Assembly (NCBI RefSeq): GCF_006345805.1
Contig: NW_021823847.1
Span: forward strand, 1-20,940
Reading direction: 5' to 3'
Origin: Octopus sinensis
Lineage: Eukaryota
DNA: 20,940 nucleotides
In this document: one piece after another, positions 17,641 to 20,940 of the stretch
How the letters are laid out: each line of letters begins with the position of its first letter
Numbering within the stretch: the first letter of the stretch is position 1
Translations under genes and position numbers: made by a program
Notes under the pieces: generated by a model
What the model saw: the letters and a program-made list of their open reading frames with translations, nothing else
What the model was told of the DNA's origin: nothing
Database searches by the model: none

Positions 17641-18605
17641 TTTAGCCTAGGGCTAAACTGCAAAATCAATAAGAGTAGACAAGCCTATGAGCTAATGAGG
17701 GTGGATCTACATGGTCACAGTTTATGCTAGATATGACATCTCAAATTTCCTCTTATTTCATCAAGTAGTCTTAGAAAATGGATACGATAAAAAGTGGCTT
17801 AAATATATATATAAAAAAATGATGGATGTGAGCCTGACTGGAAGCGTTAAAACATATATCTGCATAATCACGAACGATCTGGGATTAGAGAACAACAATA
17901 AGAACGACATTACAGAAGCTAACAAGGGCGTGTTTGCAATGTCACATGATCTGCTTGAAATAGCATCCCAAATTCCTTCAAATCTCACCTAGTAGCCTTA
18001 AAATGAAGGATACGTTAAGAAATGTAGTCTCACATATATAAAAAAATGTATGTGAGTGTATGGGGGTAGTCAGGGCAGGAAACATTTGAGCATATGTCTG
18101 CAGAATCAGGATTAATCTGGAACCAAGGCAACAACAACAACAACGACAACAATAGCAACAATAGTACCAGCAGTTATTGGGTCTTGTCTAGGTTTATGTC
18201 TGTGCTGAGGGAGTTAACTTTTATGATCCAGAGAACTAAATTTAACGTTAACCAGATCTGAAATAAATAACTAAAAACAAAAATAATAATAAAAAAATAA
18301 AAAGAAAAAAGAGAAGAAAAAAAAAGGTTAAAATATGGAAACGGAACCAAAAACAGCAAAAAAAAAATGGCGAATTGCAATCCGAAATTCTTAGATTTTT
18401 TTTTATCCTTTTATATTCCCCATGCGTTATTTGCCATCTGAAGAACTTTCCTCGGTCAATGAGTTCATTGTTTTCAATTTATATTTTCTTCCTCTTTTGA
18501 TACAAAATCGATTTGAAATAAAATTGATATGCTTCGGGAAAATATTGTTTCTGAAAATCAAGTCAATATATTGGCATACAAATTATCTACTGTTTCCATG
18601 GACAG

Positions 18606-18770
18606 CTTCTTCTTCTTCTTCTTCTTCTTCTTCTTCTTCTTCTTCTTCTTCTTCTTCTTCTTCTTCTTCTCTGTTCTCTCTTCTTCTCTTCTTCTTCTTT
18701 TTCTTTCTCTTCTTCTTCTTTTTCTTCTTCTTCTTCTTCTTCTTTCTTCTTCTTCTACTTCTTCTTCTAT
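18606..18770. repeat. (TTC)n array
   Basis: Direct reading. Confidence 0.95.
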
Positions 18771-19059
18771 TTATATATATATTTTTTGTTGTTCAAAAAT
18801 AGACATAACATAAACACACATTCACAAATATTCTTGCACAAATGTTCATTCACGCGCGCCAACATGTGCACGCATGCGCGTGTAAATTGACTTCCATATA
18901 TTTCATGGGGAGATATTCTCTCGCTTTTTTTTTATTATCATTTATTTATAAATTTGTTTATTTATTTTGATATATGGGTAATAGGCAATAAAACTAAGCA
19001 GTCAAATTCTCAATAAACATGGAATTCGTTAAACAGGAGACATTCTGCGAATATACATA

Positions 19060-19068
19060 GATACATAC

Positions 19069-19099
<31 letters not shown>

Positions 19100-19176
19100 A
19101 TACCTAAATACATACGTACATACAGACATATATATGTATATATATATATGTATAATATATATATGTATATTAAAAT

Positions 19177-19245
<69 letters not shown>

Positions 19246-19250
19246 GTATA
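19060..19250. repeat. (TA)n compound microsatellite
   Basis: Direct reading. Confidence 0.9.
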
Positions 19251-19559
19251 TTTGTGCATTTGCTAACACAGACGCAGTCGCATACGTGCTCACGTATAAA
19301 CGTTCACGCGCATACGGTACATAAGGCATGTGTACTTACTGTGCATTGCTGTTTGTGTAAATATGATTAAGTCTATGTTTATATGCGTGTGAGTGTGGTG
19401 TGTTTGTTTGTGTGTGTGTATAAATTTCTCTTAGTCCTTACTTTTTGTGCTCATGTGTATGCGCGTGTGTGCGTTTGTGTATGTCAATATATATATATAT
19501 ATATATATACTATATATATATATTACATATATTTCTCTCTCTGTATTTGTCCCACTCCA

Positions 19560-19611
19560 TTTCTCTCTCTCTTTCTCTCTCTCTGTCTCTCTCCCTGTCT
19601 CTCTCTCTCTG

Positions 19612-19644
<33 letters not shown>

Positions 19645-19694
19645 CTGTCTGTCTATCTACCTACCTACCTATCTATCTATCTATCTATCTATCC

Positions 19695-19731
<37 letters not shown>

Positions 19732-19754
19732 ACAATCTATCTATCTATCTAACA

Positions 19755-19800
<46 letters not shown>

Positions 19801-19830
19801 TTATCTATCTAACTATCTATCTATTTATCT
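19560..19830. repeat. (CT)n, (TA)n and (ATCT)n arrays
   Basis: Direct reading. Confidence 0.95.
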
Positions 19831-19849
19831 ATATGTAAACAAATGCATA

Positions 19850-20538
19850 CAATTGTACACACACATCAATATGCATACAATCACACACACACATACTCTC
19901 ACACACACACATATATACATATACATACATCAATATATACATACATATATGGGTGTGTGTGTGTGTGTGTGTGTATACATATGCATATGTGCACATGCGC
20001 ATGTTGTATACAGTCTTGTATACAGATCGAAGCCACCACTCATACATACCTGCATACATGCAGGCAGACACATACAATCAAACATGCATAAAAAAATATG
20101 TGTACTTGTATACATATACACGTAAATACATACTACATACATAAACGCACATCTATTCAACACACAGAACGACACACGCACACACACATATACACATACA
20201 CACACAAACCCACACGCATAAACTGGAGTCAATCTTCAAACAGGTACTTCTTTCTTGAAATCGATCGCTATTGATTATATTATTACTGCACCCTACCTTA
20301 ATGATCAATTCTAGAGCAAAAAAAAAAGTAAAAAAAAAGGGTTGCGATATTTGTGAGTGTGTGTGTGTGTATGTGTGGTGTGTGTGTGTGTGTAGATATT
20401 GGTGATGTTGTTATTGTTGTTGTCCTTGTTGTTGTTCCTCTTATTTTCTTATTGAACTTTCCTGTTGCCCAATTAAAAATACAACAGATCAATACCATAT
20501 TGAAGATCTTCGCAGCCAGGGAATTCACTCGTGTGTAT

Positions 20539-20578
<40 letters not shown>

Positions 20579-20940
20579 TTTATATATTTATTCAATTATT
20601 TGTTCTTGTTTCCTTGCATGTGTGATATAACACACGTTTTTTTATTTGTGCCTGTGCACACGGAATCGCACGCGAACACACAAACACATCGACGCACACA
20701 CATACCATATATATATACATATATACTATACACACACATATAATATATATGTATACATATATATATTATACACACATAAACAGAGGCAGTTATACATAAA
20801 TATTCAAACATGCATCGGCGCGCACACTAACACGCATAGACAAATAAAACTACCTACATATACATATATAAATATACATATATTCAAACACACACACACA
20901 CACACATTCTCATCTACAAACACACTGATGTGTGCACACA
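19850..20940. repeat. Low-complexity CA/TA/GT-rich region
   Basis: Multiple degenerate dinucleotide tracts with short unique spacers. Confidence 0.7.

Noticed and set aside
18422-18813. Poly-S/F/L ORFs
   Set aside because: Derived from the (TTC)n array; no supporting motif in the unique part.
20480-20535. Possible micro-exon after CAACAG
   Set aside because: Weak polypyrimidine tract, no convincing donor site and no recognisable peptide.

Overview
AT-rich, microsatellite-dense eukaryotic non-coding DNA, most likely an intron or intergenic region of an octopus (cephalopod) genome. The species call is an inference from the tRNA-derived SINE families and the microsatellite load. No host protein-coding exon can be supported, and almost all long ORFs in the track are microsatellite artefacts. 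The window is a mosaic of mobile-element remnants: many tRNA-headed SINEs of several families (nested, dimeric, some with target-site duplications), three 3' fragments of R4/Dong-like RLE retrotransposons each sitting in (TAA)n arrays, two CR1-group LINE tails, a Penelope-like RT remnant, a mariner transposase remnant, a non-autonomous Helitron, a probable DIRS-type tyrosine-recombinase remnant and a ~170-bp foldback element. The most interesting signal is on the minus strand: two different type I hammerhead ribozyme motifs (4537-4625 and 8982-9058), both with a GUA cleavage triplet, a tiny self-complementary stem III and a long stem II. The second lies in a non-coding, highly structured ~549-bp unit present as a ~1.6-mer tandem plus an 80-bp inversion, between TA tracts. 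This resembles a retrozyme or non-autonomous Penelope-derived element that could yield a self-cleaved or circular RNA. All assignments were made by eye from the sequence; no database search or folding program was run.
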